A stretch of 64,000 nucleotides of DNA from Myxococcota bacterium (GTDB taxonomy: Bacteria > Myxococcota_A > SURF-8 > G963663525): positions 183,912 to 247,911 of the forward strand of contig CAXXVK010000067.1 in NCBI GenBank assembly GCA_963676915.2. Direction: 5' to 3'. Shown one piece after another: positions 38,409-49,903 of this stretch. The position numbers were made by a program, and so were the translations under genes. The notes under the pieces are model-generated. The model was given only the letters and a program-made list of their open reading frames with translations, searched no databases and was not told the DNA's origin. The number at the start of each line of letters is the position of its first letter. Position 1 is the stretch's first letter.

Positions 38409-40457
38409 TTACTTCGTGTCGCCACGGGCAAAGATCGATGCCACGTAGTTGAGAATATCGGTGGCTGACTGCTCGTTGTACCCGTAGTTTTTGATCAACC
38501 GTTGCTTGACGATATCGATTTTCTCTTGGGTTTCTTTGTCCACGACATCGGAAACCAACGTTGTCAACTTGATCGAATCCTTTCGGTCCTCGAACAGTTT
38601 TCGTTCCAAGGCTCGGTCGAGCCGTTCGTTGGAGCGATAGTCGAACTTCTTGCCCTCAAGAGCCAATGCGCCGATATAATTCATGATTTCACGACGGAAA
38701 TCATCTTTGCGCGACTCGGGAATGTCGATTTTCTCTTCAATCGAGCGCATCAGTTGCTCGTCCGGTTCTTCGTAAGCGCCGGTGTAGATGTTTTTAACTT
38801 TTTCCTTCTGTGTGTACGCCTTGATATTGTCCACGTAGTTGGCACAGAGTTTCGAGATGGCGTCTTCGTCGGCGGTGATGGCGCGTTGCACCTCGTTCTT
38901 GATGATTTCTTCGTATTCCTGCCGTACCAGTCCCAAAAGTTCCCGGTAGCGATCCCGGTCCTTTTCGTTGGTAATCAGCGAGTGGTTCCGCAGCCCGGCT
39001 TCGAGCTGATTCATCACCATGAACGGGCTGATCTGGCCTTCCTCGGCGTAACGAACCAGCGAGTTGGAGATTTTATCCTGCACGTAGCGGGGAGAAATAC
39101 CCTGCAATCCCTCTCTCAGTGCGGCTTTACGCAACTCCACAACGGTGTCTTCGGTATAGTCCGGAAGGGCTTTGCCGTCGTACAGTTTCAGTTTCTGCAT
39201 AATGTTGATATTGCCGCTCGATTCCTCCAGCCGGGTGAGTACCGCCCACATGGCAGCGATTTCGAAGGTGTGGGGTGCGATGTGGATGTCCGTCTGTTTC
39301 GAACCGAAATCCTTTTCGTAGATTTTTTTCTCTTCCGAGTACCGGGTGATGTATGGAATATCCACCTTGACGGTACGATCCCGCAAGGCTTCCATGTACT
39401 CGTTATTTTGAAGTTTTTTGTATTCCGGCTCGTTGGTGTGGCCGATGATCACCTCGTCGATATCCGTCTGCGAGAATTTCTTTGGCTTGATTTTGTGTTC
39501 CTGGCTGGCTCCAAGAAGGTCGTACAGGAACGCTACGTCGAGTTTGAGCACTTCGACGAATTCGATCAACCCACGGTTGGCCACGTTGAATTCACCGTCG
39601 AAGTTGAAGGCGCGAGGGTCGGAGTCGGAACCGTAGATTGCGATTTTCCGGTAGTTGATATCACCGGTCAACTCGGTGGAATCCTGGTTCTTTTCGTCCT
39701 TGGGCTGGAACGTTCCGATACCGATGCGGTCCTGCTCGCTCATGATCAGTCGCCGGACCTGGATGTGCTTTTTCAGCACCTTGCTCCAATCGCCTTCGTA
39801 CTGTTTCATGAACTCAGTATAATAGTAGCGGGATACGGGGCAGAGATCCCCTTGCACCAGGTAGCGGTACAGTTTTTCGCCTTTATGTTCCTCGTTGAGT
39901 TTGGCGAGGAATTCCTTGCGAATCTCGGGCGGAATCAGCAGCAGAGGTTCTTCGTGCATGGGGGAAGGAACGAACTCCTGCTCGCCGTTTTCCCCTTTCA
40001 CGATCCAATCGAAGGTGTAGAGTTGGCCTTCTTCGGTCTGGCTGTAGGCTTCCAGCCCTTTTTTAAGCATTCGCACCACGGTGCTTTTCGAAGAACCCAC
40101 CGGTCCGTGCAGCAGAAGCACGCGTTTTTCCGTTCCCAGGCCCTGGGCTGCCGAGCGGAAAAGATTGACCAGTTTCATCAACGGGATGTCCAGGCCGAAT
40201 ACCGCGTCTTTGCCGTCCTCAAAGGGATCGTCGAAGAAATTGTAGTGGACGATTTTCTTTTTGTTGTCTACGTATTCCTTGAACCCGTAGGAAATGACCA
40301 TGTCGTACATTCTTTGAAAGGATGTACGAAGAACTGCCGGGTCTTTCTGGACGATATCCAGATACTCGGAAAACGAGCCTTGCCAGGACAGTTTCTTGTA
40401 TTTTTCTTTGTCGATTTTTTCCGCGATGCTGTTGAGCAGTTGTTCGCCGAAAGACAT
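38409..40457 (-). CDS. prkA: PrkA/YeaG-family AAA+ serine protein kinase
   Basis: [62 protein letters not shown]. Confidence 0.93.
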   Translation of the reverse strand: MSFGEQLLNSIAEKIDKEKYKKLSWQGSFSEYLDIVQKDPAVLRTSFQRMYDMVISYGFKEYVDNKKKIVHYNFFDDPFEDGKDAVFGLDIPLMKLVNLFRSAAQGLGTEKRVLLLHGPVGSSKSTVVRMLKKGLEAYSQTEEGQLYTFDWIVKGENGEQEFVPSPMHEEPLLLIPPEIRKEFLAKLNEEHKGEKLYRYLVQGDLCPVSRYYYTEFMKQYEGDWSKVLKKHIQVRRLIMSEQDRIGIGTFQPKDEKNQDSTELTGDINYRKIAIYGSDSDPRAFNFDGEFNVANRGLIEFVEVLKLDVAFLYDLLGASQEHKIKPKKFSQTDIDEVIIGHTNEPEYKKLQNNEYMEALRDRTVKVDIPYITRYSEEKKIYEKDFGSKQTDIHIAPHTFEIAAMWAVLTRLEESSGNINIMQKLKLYDGKALPDYTEDTVVELRKAALREGLQGISPRYVQDKISNSLVRYAEEGQISPFMVMNQLEAGLRNHSLITNEKDRDRYRELLGLVRQEYEEIIKNEVQRAITADEDAISKLCANYVDNIKAYTQKEKVKNIYTGAYEEPDEQLMRSIEEKIDIPESRKDDFRREIMNYIGALALEGKKFDYRSNERLDRALERKLFEDRKDSIKLTTLVSDVVDKETQEKIDIVKQRLIKNYGYNEQSATDILNYVASIFARGDTK

Positions 40458-40809
40458 TCTTCCCTCCTTGATGGACCGAAAATGTCAAGTAGCCGCTGAA
40501 AGATCCGTTTCTTTGCGTCCAAATCACCATTGAAAACCTTTCCGATTTCAAGATCGGCTGACCGTGTGGTTTTCATTCAAGCGGATACAGAACGCTACCT
40601 TCTAAGTGTATCACTTTTTTCCGCAAAAGAAAGCGCCGAAAAAGATCAAAAACGAAAAAAAAGCGTGGAAAAGGTAAGAATTTCAAAAAAATGAAAAAAA
40701 AGCACAAGAAAGTATTGCATACAAAGTTAGGCGAATTAAATTATTGGCAATAAATGAATAGGTTGTTTAGTGGGAATTTTTGTAGAAAGAAAAAACAAAG
40801 GAGACACCC

Positions 40810-41247
40810 ATGACCACGAAAGAAAAAATCGAAAACCTGACCAATAACCTGAAGCGCTGGCAGAATATCGAAACGGCTTCCGTCGAGTTGGCGGAAGAAT
40901 CGATGGGACGCATTCAAAATCCGCTGGTTCGTTCCGTGTTTCAGATTCTCAAACGAGATTCCGAGATGCACCATATTTTGCAGCAACTGGTGATTGATTC
41001 GCTGGAAAAGGAGTCGATTTCATTGACTCCCGAGGACGTGGCAGCCATCGACGATGCCATTACCCGTCACGATGAAGTGGAAAAAAACGTCGTGCAACTG
41101 GCACAGTACACCTTGGACGATCTCTCCGGTTCGGGCTATTCGATCCAGAAATTCTTGTTGAATTATCTGCTCGAAGACGAGAAAAAGCACGACAGACTGC
41201 TCGAAAACCTCAAAAACGTGAAAAGCTCGCTTTATCCCTATGGCTGA
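40810..41247 (+). CDS. Ferritin-like (rubrerythrin-type) four-helix protein
   Basis: AGGAG RBS; duplicated E...D/ExxH pattern (DSEMH, DEKKH). Confidence 0.7.
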   Translation: MTTKEKIENLTNNLKRWQNIETASVELAEESMGRIQNPLVRSVFQILKRDSEMHHILQQLVIDSLEKESISLTPEDVAAIDDAITRHDEVEKNVVQLAQYTLDDLSGSGYSIQKFLLNYLLEDEKKHDRLLENLKNVKSSLYPYG

Positions 41248-41268
41248 GAAATTGGCCAATCCCAAATG

Positions 41269-41299
41269 AAAAAAGCCCCGGCGATGGTCGGGGCTTTTT
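41269..41299. terminator. Bidirectional terminator
   Basis: A6-gccccg..cggggc-T5 between convergent genes. Confidence 0.75.
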
Positions 41300-41318
41300 G
41301 TGTATTTGTTGGAAAAAG

Positions 41319-42717
41319 CTACAGGACTTCGATTCGAACGAGTTTCTGGCCGATGAGCATCAGTTCACCGGATTGCAGTCGAATCGGGCGGCGGATCGAA
41401 ATGAACGTGCCGTTGCTGGAACCCAGGTCACGAAGATAAAACTCCCCATTTTGCAATTCCACTCGGGCATGACTGCCGGAAACATAGCCGTCGTATGGGA
41501 ACGTCAGGTCGCCGACTTCGCGTCCGAACTGGAGGCTGCTTTTCGTTAGAAGGATGGATTCTCCCTGCATATTGTTTTCGTAAATTCTTACGATGCGACC
41601 CCACAAGCCTTTGTCGCTGCTGCCCCAGAATTTGGTGCTTTCTTCCGGGGATATCTCCTCAAACGCTTCGAAATCTTTGATCGAAAAGAATTGCAGCAAC
41701 TGGCGACCTATGCGGAAGCGGTCGCCCGAAAGCATTTTTGCACGGTCCTGAACGCGCAGAAACGTTCCATTTTGTGAATCGGCATCCATTAGCAGGATTT
41801 TGTCTTTCGAAGTTACTTCGAAACGGCAGTGAGTGGGACTCATGAAAGGATCTTGAGAATGATGTCCGCGCCTTCGCTGCCACAGGTCACCGTTCCCCGG
41901 TGGAGATTGATGATAGCCGATTCCTTGCGAGTCGGTTCTAAAATCACCAGTCTCGCGATAGGTTCGCCTTCATCCAACCCTTCTTTCAGCGTGACCATCG
42001 GTCCCGAGGATGCTTCCGGCGACTCGGCAAGGATCGAATGCCCGAAAGGATCGAATCCTCAACGCTTTCACTGGGAGAAACATCTCGAAATGACTCGGAA
42101 TGCCGTTTGCGGAATCTATAGGGAACATCGGTTCGCTCAAACCCTCAACAGGTGGATGAGTGCCGGAATCTGTGTTTTGAGGGGGATGTTCGTCTTTAGG
42201 TTGCATCACAAAGCTGATGGATTCCTGCTGGGATTCGTGGGAGGCATATCGGAAGCTTTGACCGGGTTTGTCCAGTCCGCCGCGAACGTATCTTCGCCAA
42301 GGTCTTCCGGGAGCAGTTCGAGGGAAGCATCGGCTCCGATACTTTCTTCAATCAGGCTATCAAGAGTCGAAGGTTCGTTGTCGATGTAAATGCTCCGCCG
42401 GTTCATCCACGGAGATATCGTCCAATTCAAGAGATGTGCTGCTTTCCGACTCTACGATGTCGGGCATGGAATCGTCGGTGAGTTTCACCTGTTCGAGCAT
42501 CCGAGTAAGACCTTCATCCGTCGTGGTTTGGGATTCCACTCCGTTCGGATCGAGAGAAAAACCGGGTGAGGTTTCTCCTTCCAGACCCCTTCAGGCTTAA
42601 ATCGGGGGTGGTGTCTTCATCCTCGAAACCGTCGTTCACCCCGATCGGGTACCCGCACTCCTTGCAGAATTTCGCCAGTTCCGTATTTTCCGTGGCGCAC
42701 TGTGGGCACTTTTTCAT
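41319..42717 (-). CDS. Double zinc ribbon + acidic linker + tandem FHA domain protein (several frameshifts)
   Basis: MKKCPQC..FCKECG at 42717; acidic fragments in different frames; FHA motifs SPTH..SQNGTF and FGR..SGSHA..SSNGTF. Confidence 0.75.
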
Positions 42718-43043
42718 CTACGTCCCTCGTTTGGAATCATAACGTTTGTCTATCACGGTTTCGGCGGTTTTTGCCAAGGGCTAAACGATTTACTATGGTT
42801 CTTTAACTGCGTCCCGGCCATCATTCCACAGAAGCCAAACGTGTGTCAAAGTCCTACGGACATCCACTCAATTATCTTATCACGTTATGGCAGTTTGTGC
42901 CAAATGGCGCGGAATTTTCTTGCAATAGTGGGAGTTTTCCGAAGAGAAAATTGCAAGATGAAGGGAGGGGGGGGATATGAAAAAATCTCCCCCGGTTGAA
43001 ATCCAGGAGGAGATGGTTTCGTGATTGGAGGCGGTAGTGGAAA

Positions 43044-44013
<970 letters not shown>

Positions 44014-44141
44014 TCACTTCTATCACTATAAGCATTCCTTGGCAATCGTCCACTTGGAGGATTGTTGGGTGCTCGAAAACGTGACAGTTTTACGGAGCCA
44101 CAATCTTTCCGAAGGTCGCAAGGAAAACCGTTTTTGCTTCT

Positions 44142-45284
44142 TTACTTCAAAATCTCTTTGATCAACGCTTTCGTCAAAGCCAATCGTCTAGGATAGGAAG
44201 AAGCTTCCATAAATTCATTGTGACTATGCATTCCTCCTCCCCACGGTCCCAGTCCGACCAACACCTGCATGCCTGTCTGTGCCAGGTGGTTGGCATCGCT
44301 TCCGTACCCTACGTGACGGCCTTCCAGGGTTTCTCCCAGTCCTTTGGCGCAACGTTGGGCCATTTCGAAAAGCTTTTTCATCGGCTCCGGCGGAAGGCTT
44401 GGCAGATGGCCTTGTTCTTCGGTGATGCCATGGCAGGAGCGTCCGAGTGTTTCGTTGAAAATTCGTGGAGAATCGACGATGGAACGGATTTTTTCGAGCG
44501 TCTGTTGCAGATCCTGCGGATTGATGTAGCGGATATCGACTTCGATCATGGTTTTTTCACAAATGACGTTGTGCGCTGTTCCGCCGTGAATGACGTTCGG
44601 ATTGACGGTCAACCCGCGTTTCGGGTCGTTCAAGTCATAGATTTGAGTGATGGCGTGGGCTGCCTCTGCGCAGGAATTCAGTCCAAGTTCCGGTTCAAGA
44701 CCGGCATGGGCCGCTTTTCCTTGGATTTCGATCCGCAATACGTAAACCCCGGATTGAGACGTCATGACCGCAGAATCGGGAAATCCCGGTTCGAAAACCA
44801 GGCCGTAAGGAACGCCCCGTGAGAGTTCTTGAAGTTGTTTTTGAGAATGGACCGAGCCGATTTCCTCGTCATCGTTGAGCAACACTCGAATGCGTGGTAA
44901 AAGGGCAGGGTCATCCAACTCGGTCAGCGCTTGAAGTAGCAGGACGACGCCGCTTTTCATATCGACAATACCCGGACCGATAAGTTTATCGTCTTTTTCT
45001 GTAAGTGTTTGAAATTCAGAGGTTTTCGGAAATACCGTATCCAAATGTCCGCTAAGTACCAAATCCGGTTTGGAGTTTTCCAACGAGCACTCCAGGATAC
45101 GATGTCCTTCGCCGACATCGTGGGTGACACAGTGGAAGCCCAGTTTTTCGAACTCGACGGTCAGAAGGTTTCGGACCTCTTGTGCGCCTTCGTAATTTCC
45201 GGTTCCGGTGTTGATATGAATCAGTTTCGATAAAAGCTCGAAATAGTATGGGGTGAAAAACGAGCTAGCTGTGGATATGGACAT
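44142..45284 (-). CDS. M20 family metallopeptidase (glutamate carboxypeptidase-like)
   Basis: GHLDTVF, GPGIVDMKSG, DEEIGS, VFEPG, GKAAHAG, GSDAN, GGMHS..E. Confidence 0.9.
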   Translation of the reverse strand: MSISTASSFFTPYYFELLSKLIHINTGTGNYEGAQEVRNLLTVEFEKLGFHCVTHDVGEGHRILECSLENSKPDLVLSGHLDTVFPKTSEFQTLTEKDDKLIGPGIVDMKSGVVLLLQALTELDDPALLPRIRVLLNDDEEIGSVHSQKQLQELSRGVPYGLVFEPGFPDSAVMTSQSGVYVLRIEIQGKAAHAGLEPELGLNSCAEAAHAITQIYDLNDPKRGLTVNPNVIHGGTAHNVICEKTMIEVDIRYINPQDLQQTLEKIRSIVDSPRIFNETLGRSCHGITEEQGHLPSLPPEPMKKLFEMAQRCAKGLGETLEGRHVGYGSDANHLAQTGMQVLVGLGPWGGGMHSHNEFMEASSYPRRLALTKALIKEILK

Positions 45285-45483
45285 AAAAATTCTCCTATAT
45301 GTTGAATTGTTTAGGTAAAAGAAAAACGAGGAAAAGCATGAATTCTCCTGTTTTTTCTTCATTTGTAGCGAATTTCATAGAGAATACAACGTTGTTTTTC
45401 TAACATCTACTTGTTATCTTGTGTTAAAGTTCTCCAAAAGACGAGGAAAACGTAGTTTTCCGTTTTAATGGCGGAGGAAATGG

Positions 45484-48204
45484 ATGAGCGAAAAGAAAGA
45501 TTCGACTCCGAAAGGATCGGGTCCGAGGCAGCACGTCAAAGAATTTTTGATCTCTCTGCTGGAACAAAAAGACTTTCTCACTCCTGACGATGTGAAAAAA
45601 ATCGAGGAAGAACTTCGCCAACCCCAAAAATGGGGACCGAATTCCTTTCTTGAATTGCTCATCGACAGTTACAAAGCGCCGGACGTGCTTATTCGCGACG
45701 CCCTTGCCGAGTACTATAATCTTCCCGTTGTCAGTATGGAGGAAGTTCAAGCCAACGAGGCCGCTTCCAAGCAGATTGGCTATTCCATCTGCCGAAAATT
45801 CGCTCTGATTCCATTCAAAGTCGATCCTAAGTACGTACATTTGGCCGTTTTCAATCCGACAAACATTGAGGCCGAAGACAATATCCGTGCGATCACCAAG
45901 CGGATTCCTGTCAATCACATCGCATCGAGAAGCGAGATTCTCGAATCTATCAGCCAGACGTTTCGATCTTCCTCCATTCTGGAAAGCTATTTGGATAAAC
46001 TCGGAGTCGATCGGCACGAGTTGGAAAGGAATCTGCAAAATTCCACAGATTTGGATACCAGCGCTTTTACTTCCACTTCTCCGCTGGTTCGGTTGGTTCA
46101 GAAAATTCTGGTGGATGGTGCGGATGCGAACGCCTCGGATATCCACTTCGAGGAAAACGAATACAGCCAGGTCGTTCGCTATCGTATCGACGGTGACCTT
46201 TCGCAGGTTTTGGTATTGCCCAAGCGATTTGCCTCCGCGACGGTGAGCCGTATCAAAGTCATGGCTCAGATGGACATTGCGGAAAGACGTCTCGCCCAGG
46301 ACGGGCAAATGCGCATTGCCTTGGGGAAATCCGAGTTCATCGATGCCCGTGTTTCCTCTATGCCGACCGCTTACGGAGAGAAAATCGTTCTTCGTTTGCT
46401 CGATTCCAAAATGCCCCAAACCCCATTGAAACAGCTGGGGTTTTCGGAAAACAACATGGTCCGTTACAGGGCATCTCTGGATTTGACCTACGGTGTGATT
46501 ATCGTGACCGGTCCTACCGGATCGGGAAAATCCACCACGCTGTATTCTACGCTGAACGATATCAATGAAGAACGGTTGAATATCGTAACGATTGAAGACC
46601 CTATCGAATACCGCCTGCCGGGTATCAACCAAGTACAGGTCAACTATAAAAAGGGATTGACGTTCGCCCACGTTCTTCGTTCGGTATTGCGTCAAGACCC
46701 GGATGTTATTCTTGTCGGTGAAATTCGTGATTTGGAAACCGCGAAAATCGCCGCGCAAGCCGCCCAGACCGGCCACTTGGTGTTGACGACTCTACATACC
46801 AACGATGCTCCTTCCGCCTCGGTTCGGTTGCTGAATCTTGGACTCGACAACCATCTGCTTGCCAGTTCGCTTCGAGCGGTCATCGCCCAGCGGTTGATCA
46901 AGAAAATCTGCCCCAAATGTATCCATGAAATTATTCCCAGCCAGAGGGATCGGGAATTGTTGGCTGCTTTGTGGCGTCAAGACGTACAGATGGTCAAAGA
47001 AGGATCTGGTTGCGCGTTTTGTCGACAGACCGGCTATCGGGGACGGGAGGCCATTCAGGAAGTCATGCTGATGACGCCCGAGTTGGCCGAAATCATCAAT
47101 TCCGATCCGTCTCCAACTCGGATCACGGAACAGGCGTTGATCGATGGTATGATTCCCATGGTGGACGAAGCTTATCATAAAGCTTTGGGAGGAACTACCA
47201 CCCTTACGGAAGCGTTTCGGGTGGTTGGTCCGCCACGAGCCAGCGATCAAATGGAGGCGTACGCTCCCGACGCTGGACAAGCTGCCGATTTTCAGGGGCA
47301 GGATGATTGGTTGATGCCATCTTCCGGTTCATCGATGCCTTCGGCTCCCGGTTCGAATTTCTCGAATGGAGGATTTCCTGCCGCTGACTCTAGCGACCAG
47401 GGAAGAGATTCCGTTGAATTATCAAGTGCTTATTCTGATCCACAAAATCAGGTATATCCTGTTTTCGAAGAGGAGAGTTCCGACCGCAACCCAACGGGTG
47501 ATTTTTACGCATCACCGTTTTCGAACAATCCTTCCACTGTTGATATGATAGATGATGAACTTCTAGATTTCGATTCGTTGGACGAACCGGTCGTTCCGTT
47601 CGACGACCTGTTGCAGGAAGACGATATCAGCGATCCGTTCAACGCCAAAGCCGGGTCACAAGATGAAGATCTTGCTGATATGATGGCACTTGATAACCGC
47701 TCCATTTTAGATCCTACCGATGATCAGGCTGCCAATCCGGTTTTCAACGCGGATTGGGTTGAAAAACGGATGAAGACCAAAATTCTATCCGGCGGCGATT
47801 CGTCGAAGGATTTTTCTCCGGACGAAGATCGCCCCCAGAGGATTTTGATTTGCGACGATGACCGCTTCGTTCTCAAAGCTGCCGAACATGCTTTGAAAAA
47901 TGCAGGGAATTTCGAAGTTGCGACCGTGGAAAACGGAGAAATAGCCATTTCTTCGATTCTTGAGTTCAAGCCGGATCTTGTTGTGTTGGATTTGGTGCTT
48001 CCCGGTTTGTCTGGATTTCATATCTTAAAGCAGTTGCGCTCCTTACCCAATTGCCAAAACCTTCCCGTAATGATTCTTACAGCCGAACAGGATCCATCGG
48101 ACGAGATGTTGGGGTATTATATCGGGACCAACGATTACGTGAAAAAACCGATCGAAATGAAAGAATTCGTTGTTCGGATCAAGGCTTTGCTAGGAATTCA
48201 ATAG
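45484..48204 (+). CDS. GspE/PilB-type secretion/pilus assembly ATPase fused to a C-terminal receiver domain
   Basis: ASDIH, DIAERRLAQDG, GPTGSGKSTT, TIEDPIE, LRQDPD, TGHLVLTTLHTND, CPKC/CAFC; acidic linker; REC CDDD..LDLVLPG..LTA..KKP. Confidence 0.9.
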   Translation: MSEKKDSTPKGSGPRQHVKEFLISLLEQKDFLTPDDVKKIEEELRQPQKWGPNSFLELLIDSYKAPDVLIRDALAEYYNLPVVSMEEVQANEAASKQIGYSICRKFALIPFKVDPKYVHLAVFNPTNIEAEDNIRAITKRIPVNHIASRSEILESISQTFRSSSILESYLDKLGVDRHELERNLQNSTDLDTSAFTSTSPLVRLVQKILVDGADANASDIHFEENEYSQVVRYRIDGDLSQVLVLPKRFASATVSRIKVMAQMDIAERRLAQDGQMRIALGKSEFIDARVSSMPTAYGEKIVLRLLDSKMPQTPLKQLGFSENNMVRYRASLDLTYGVIIVTGPTGSGKSTTLYSTLNDINEERLNIVTIEDPIEYRLPGINQVQVNYKKGLTFAHVLRSVLRQDPDVILVGEIRDLETAKIAAQAAQTGHLVLTTLHTNDAPSASVRLLNLGLDNHLLASSLRAVIAQRLIKKICPKCIHEIIPSQRDRELLAALWRQDVQMVKEGSGCAFCRQTGYRGREAIQEVMLMTPELAEIINSDPSPTRITEQALIDGMIPMVDEAYHKALGGTTTLTEAFRVVGPPRASDQMEAYAPDAGQAADFQGQDDWLMPSSGSSMPSAPGSNFSNGGFPAADSSDQGRDSVELSSAYSDPQNQVYPVFEEESSDRNPTGDFYASPFSNNPSTVDMIDDELLDFDSLDEPVVPFDDLLQEDDISDPFNAKAGSQDEDLADMMALDNRSILDPTDDQAANPVFNADWVEKRMKTKILSGGDSSKDFSPDEDRPQRILICDDDRFVLKAAEHALKNAGNFEVATVENGEIAISSILEFKPDLVVLDLVLPGLSGFHILKQLRSLPNCQNLPVMILTAEQDPSDEMLGYYIGTNDYVKKPIEMKEFVVRIKALLGIQ

Positions 48205-48449
48205 CCAATTTCAGAGGGGTATCAGGGAGTTTTCGTTTTTTCCATCCGGGAGATTCCGGTATTTGGGGCGTTCTGTAAAGCCCCGAATTGCTGGTGGTTT
48301 GGAATTGCGAAAAGCTCGTTGAACGGGTTTGTTTTCTTCCTACTCCGATAATGACTGGGTTCTGGCAAAATCATTGCGTATGTGTATGAAATATGCCAGA
48401 ATTCTTTAACGCACGTGTATGAAAGATGGGTAGAGGAGTACGTTCCCCG

Positions 48450-49043
48450 ATGCAAAACTGTGAGTATCATCCCGATAAACCTGCAGTGGCCACCTGCAAT
48501 ATGTGTGGAGTTCCACTGTGTGGACATTGTGCTTCGCCCGATGAACACGGGCGTGTTATCTGCCGACGGTGTTTCAGTGAACGGTTGGTGAAAAGCGCCA
48601 ACTCCGAACTGTTGGAAACGGAGACTGATCCGTATCTCAACAAATTTTCCAACTCAAAACGAAAAATCTTTTCGTCGATAAATATTTTTCTTGTCGTCGG
48701 AATTTTGCTGATTCTTGTCGAAGGGGTGTTGTATCTCTGCATGGATTCCAATAGCCTGAAAGACAAGCCGATGAATGCCCTAGACAACATAGAGGTTCCT
48801 TGTGCTCTTGTTCTTTCTGCTTTGAAACGATACCATACTAAATATGAGTTTTATCCAAAAGACCTGGACGAACTCAAGGATGGCTTTTTATCGAAGAAAG
48901 TGGATACATCTTCTTTGAAATACCGCAAAGATGAGCGGGGAGGGTTTGAGTTGTTACTATGGGATAAGCAACTTAAACGATATTTTTCCTATACGAAAAA
49001 CGGCTGTTCGGTCAAAACCTTGCAGCAAGGAGATATTAAATGA
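48450..49043 (+). CDS. B-box zinc finger + TM + pseudopilin-like C-terminal domain protein
   Basis: CEYHP..C..CGVPLC..C..C..C; one TM; SALKRYHTKYEFYPKDLDEL resembles a GspG-type segment. Confidence 0.65.
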   Translation: MQNCEYHPDKPAVATCNMCGVPLCGHCASPDEHGRVICRRCFSERLVKSANSELLETETDPYLNKFSNSKRKIFSSINIFLVVGILLILVEGVLYLCMDSNSLKDKPMNALDNIEVPCALVLSALKRYHTKYEFYPKDLDELKDGFLSKKVDTSSLKYRKDERGGFELLLWDKQLKRYFSYTKNGCSVKTLQQGDIK

Positions 49044-49546
49044 AGCGTCATCAAAAAGGTTTTACTCTGCTGGAGATGGTTACCGTCTTGACGGTGATAT
49101 GCATTCTCACAATGGGAGCTGTCCCATTGTATGAATTGTACTATTCCAGATCCAAGCGGGCCGAAATTTTCCTTATTAGCCAATACATCATCAAAACTCT
49201 GGATCTGCGCAGACACGAAACGGTAAACCGTTCCAAGGCCGAGCACGAAGACATTATTGAGTACGAAGGGGGAGGAGGTGTTTATGGCTGGGCGGAAGTT
49301 CAAGGCGGTGAGAGAAAGCATTGGGACGGTCTTAATATACGTTTCGATGGAAGTCAGCGCTACAGTTACCGGGTGGATTATTGGCAAATAACGTATCCGG
49401 GTGGCGAACAGAAAAATTCTATTGTGATCGAAGCAATAGCGGAAGGAAAATACGATATCGATCGTGACGATACACCCGATCAATGGGTGATAACCAATGA
49501 TAACGGATATACTGCCACCAATGTCATCGACGACACCTCGGAGTAA
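49040..49546 (+). CDS. Type IV pilin / prepilin-type protein
   Basis: Class III signal MKRHQKG|FTLLE followed by hydrophobic helix; overlaps upstream stop (ATGA). Confidence 0.85.
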   Translation: MKRHQKGFTLLEMVTVLTVICILTMGAVPLYELYYSRSKRAEIFLISQYIIKTLDLRRHETVNRSKAEHEDIIEYEGGGGVYGWAEVQGGERKHWDGLNIRFDGSQRYSYRVDYWQITYPGGEQKNSIVIEAIAEGKYDIDRDDTPDQWVITNDNGYTATNVIDDTSE

Positions 49547-49903
49547 TTGCACATCCCGATTTTGATTGCGTTTCTTGGGAATATCCATTCCAACCTCATT
49601 TATAAGGATTGGTTTGAATCTATCTTCTTCGTGTGATCGCACTATTTATGCAGATCGTAGCGAGACGCCGAAAACCGAAAAATTTTCAAGGGGTTGGTGA
49701 GATGATTCCCTGCAGGAATTCTTTTTAGGATGGCTTCTAGTTTGTCGAGATTGAAAATCGGGAAACAAGTGAAAGATCAAGAGTTTTCACGTCACAGGCT
49801 ACTCGGGATTCAAAGGAAGGCTCGGCTTGTATTCGATGGGTGCGTGTGGTATGTTTCGCGCTCAGCTTTTCCTTCCTGAACGCGCTGAACAGAGTGAACG
49901 ATC

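Noticed and set aside
38502-40499. 665-aa ORF on the plus strand
   Set aside because: Antisense shadow of prkA caused by codon bias; no motifs.
45424-46776. 450-aa minus-strand ORF
   Set aside because: Antisense shadow of the conserved PilB/GspE core.
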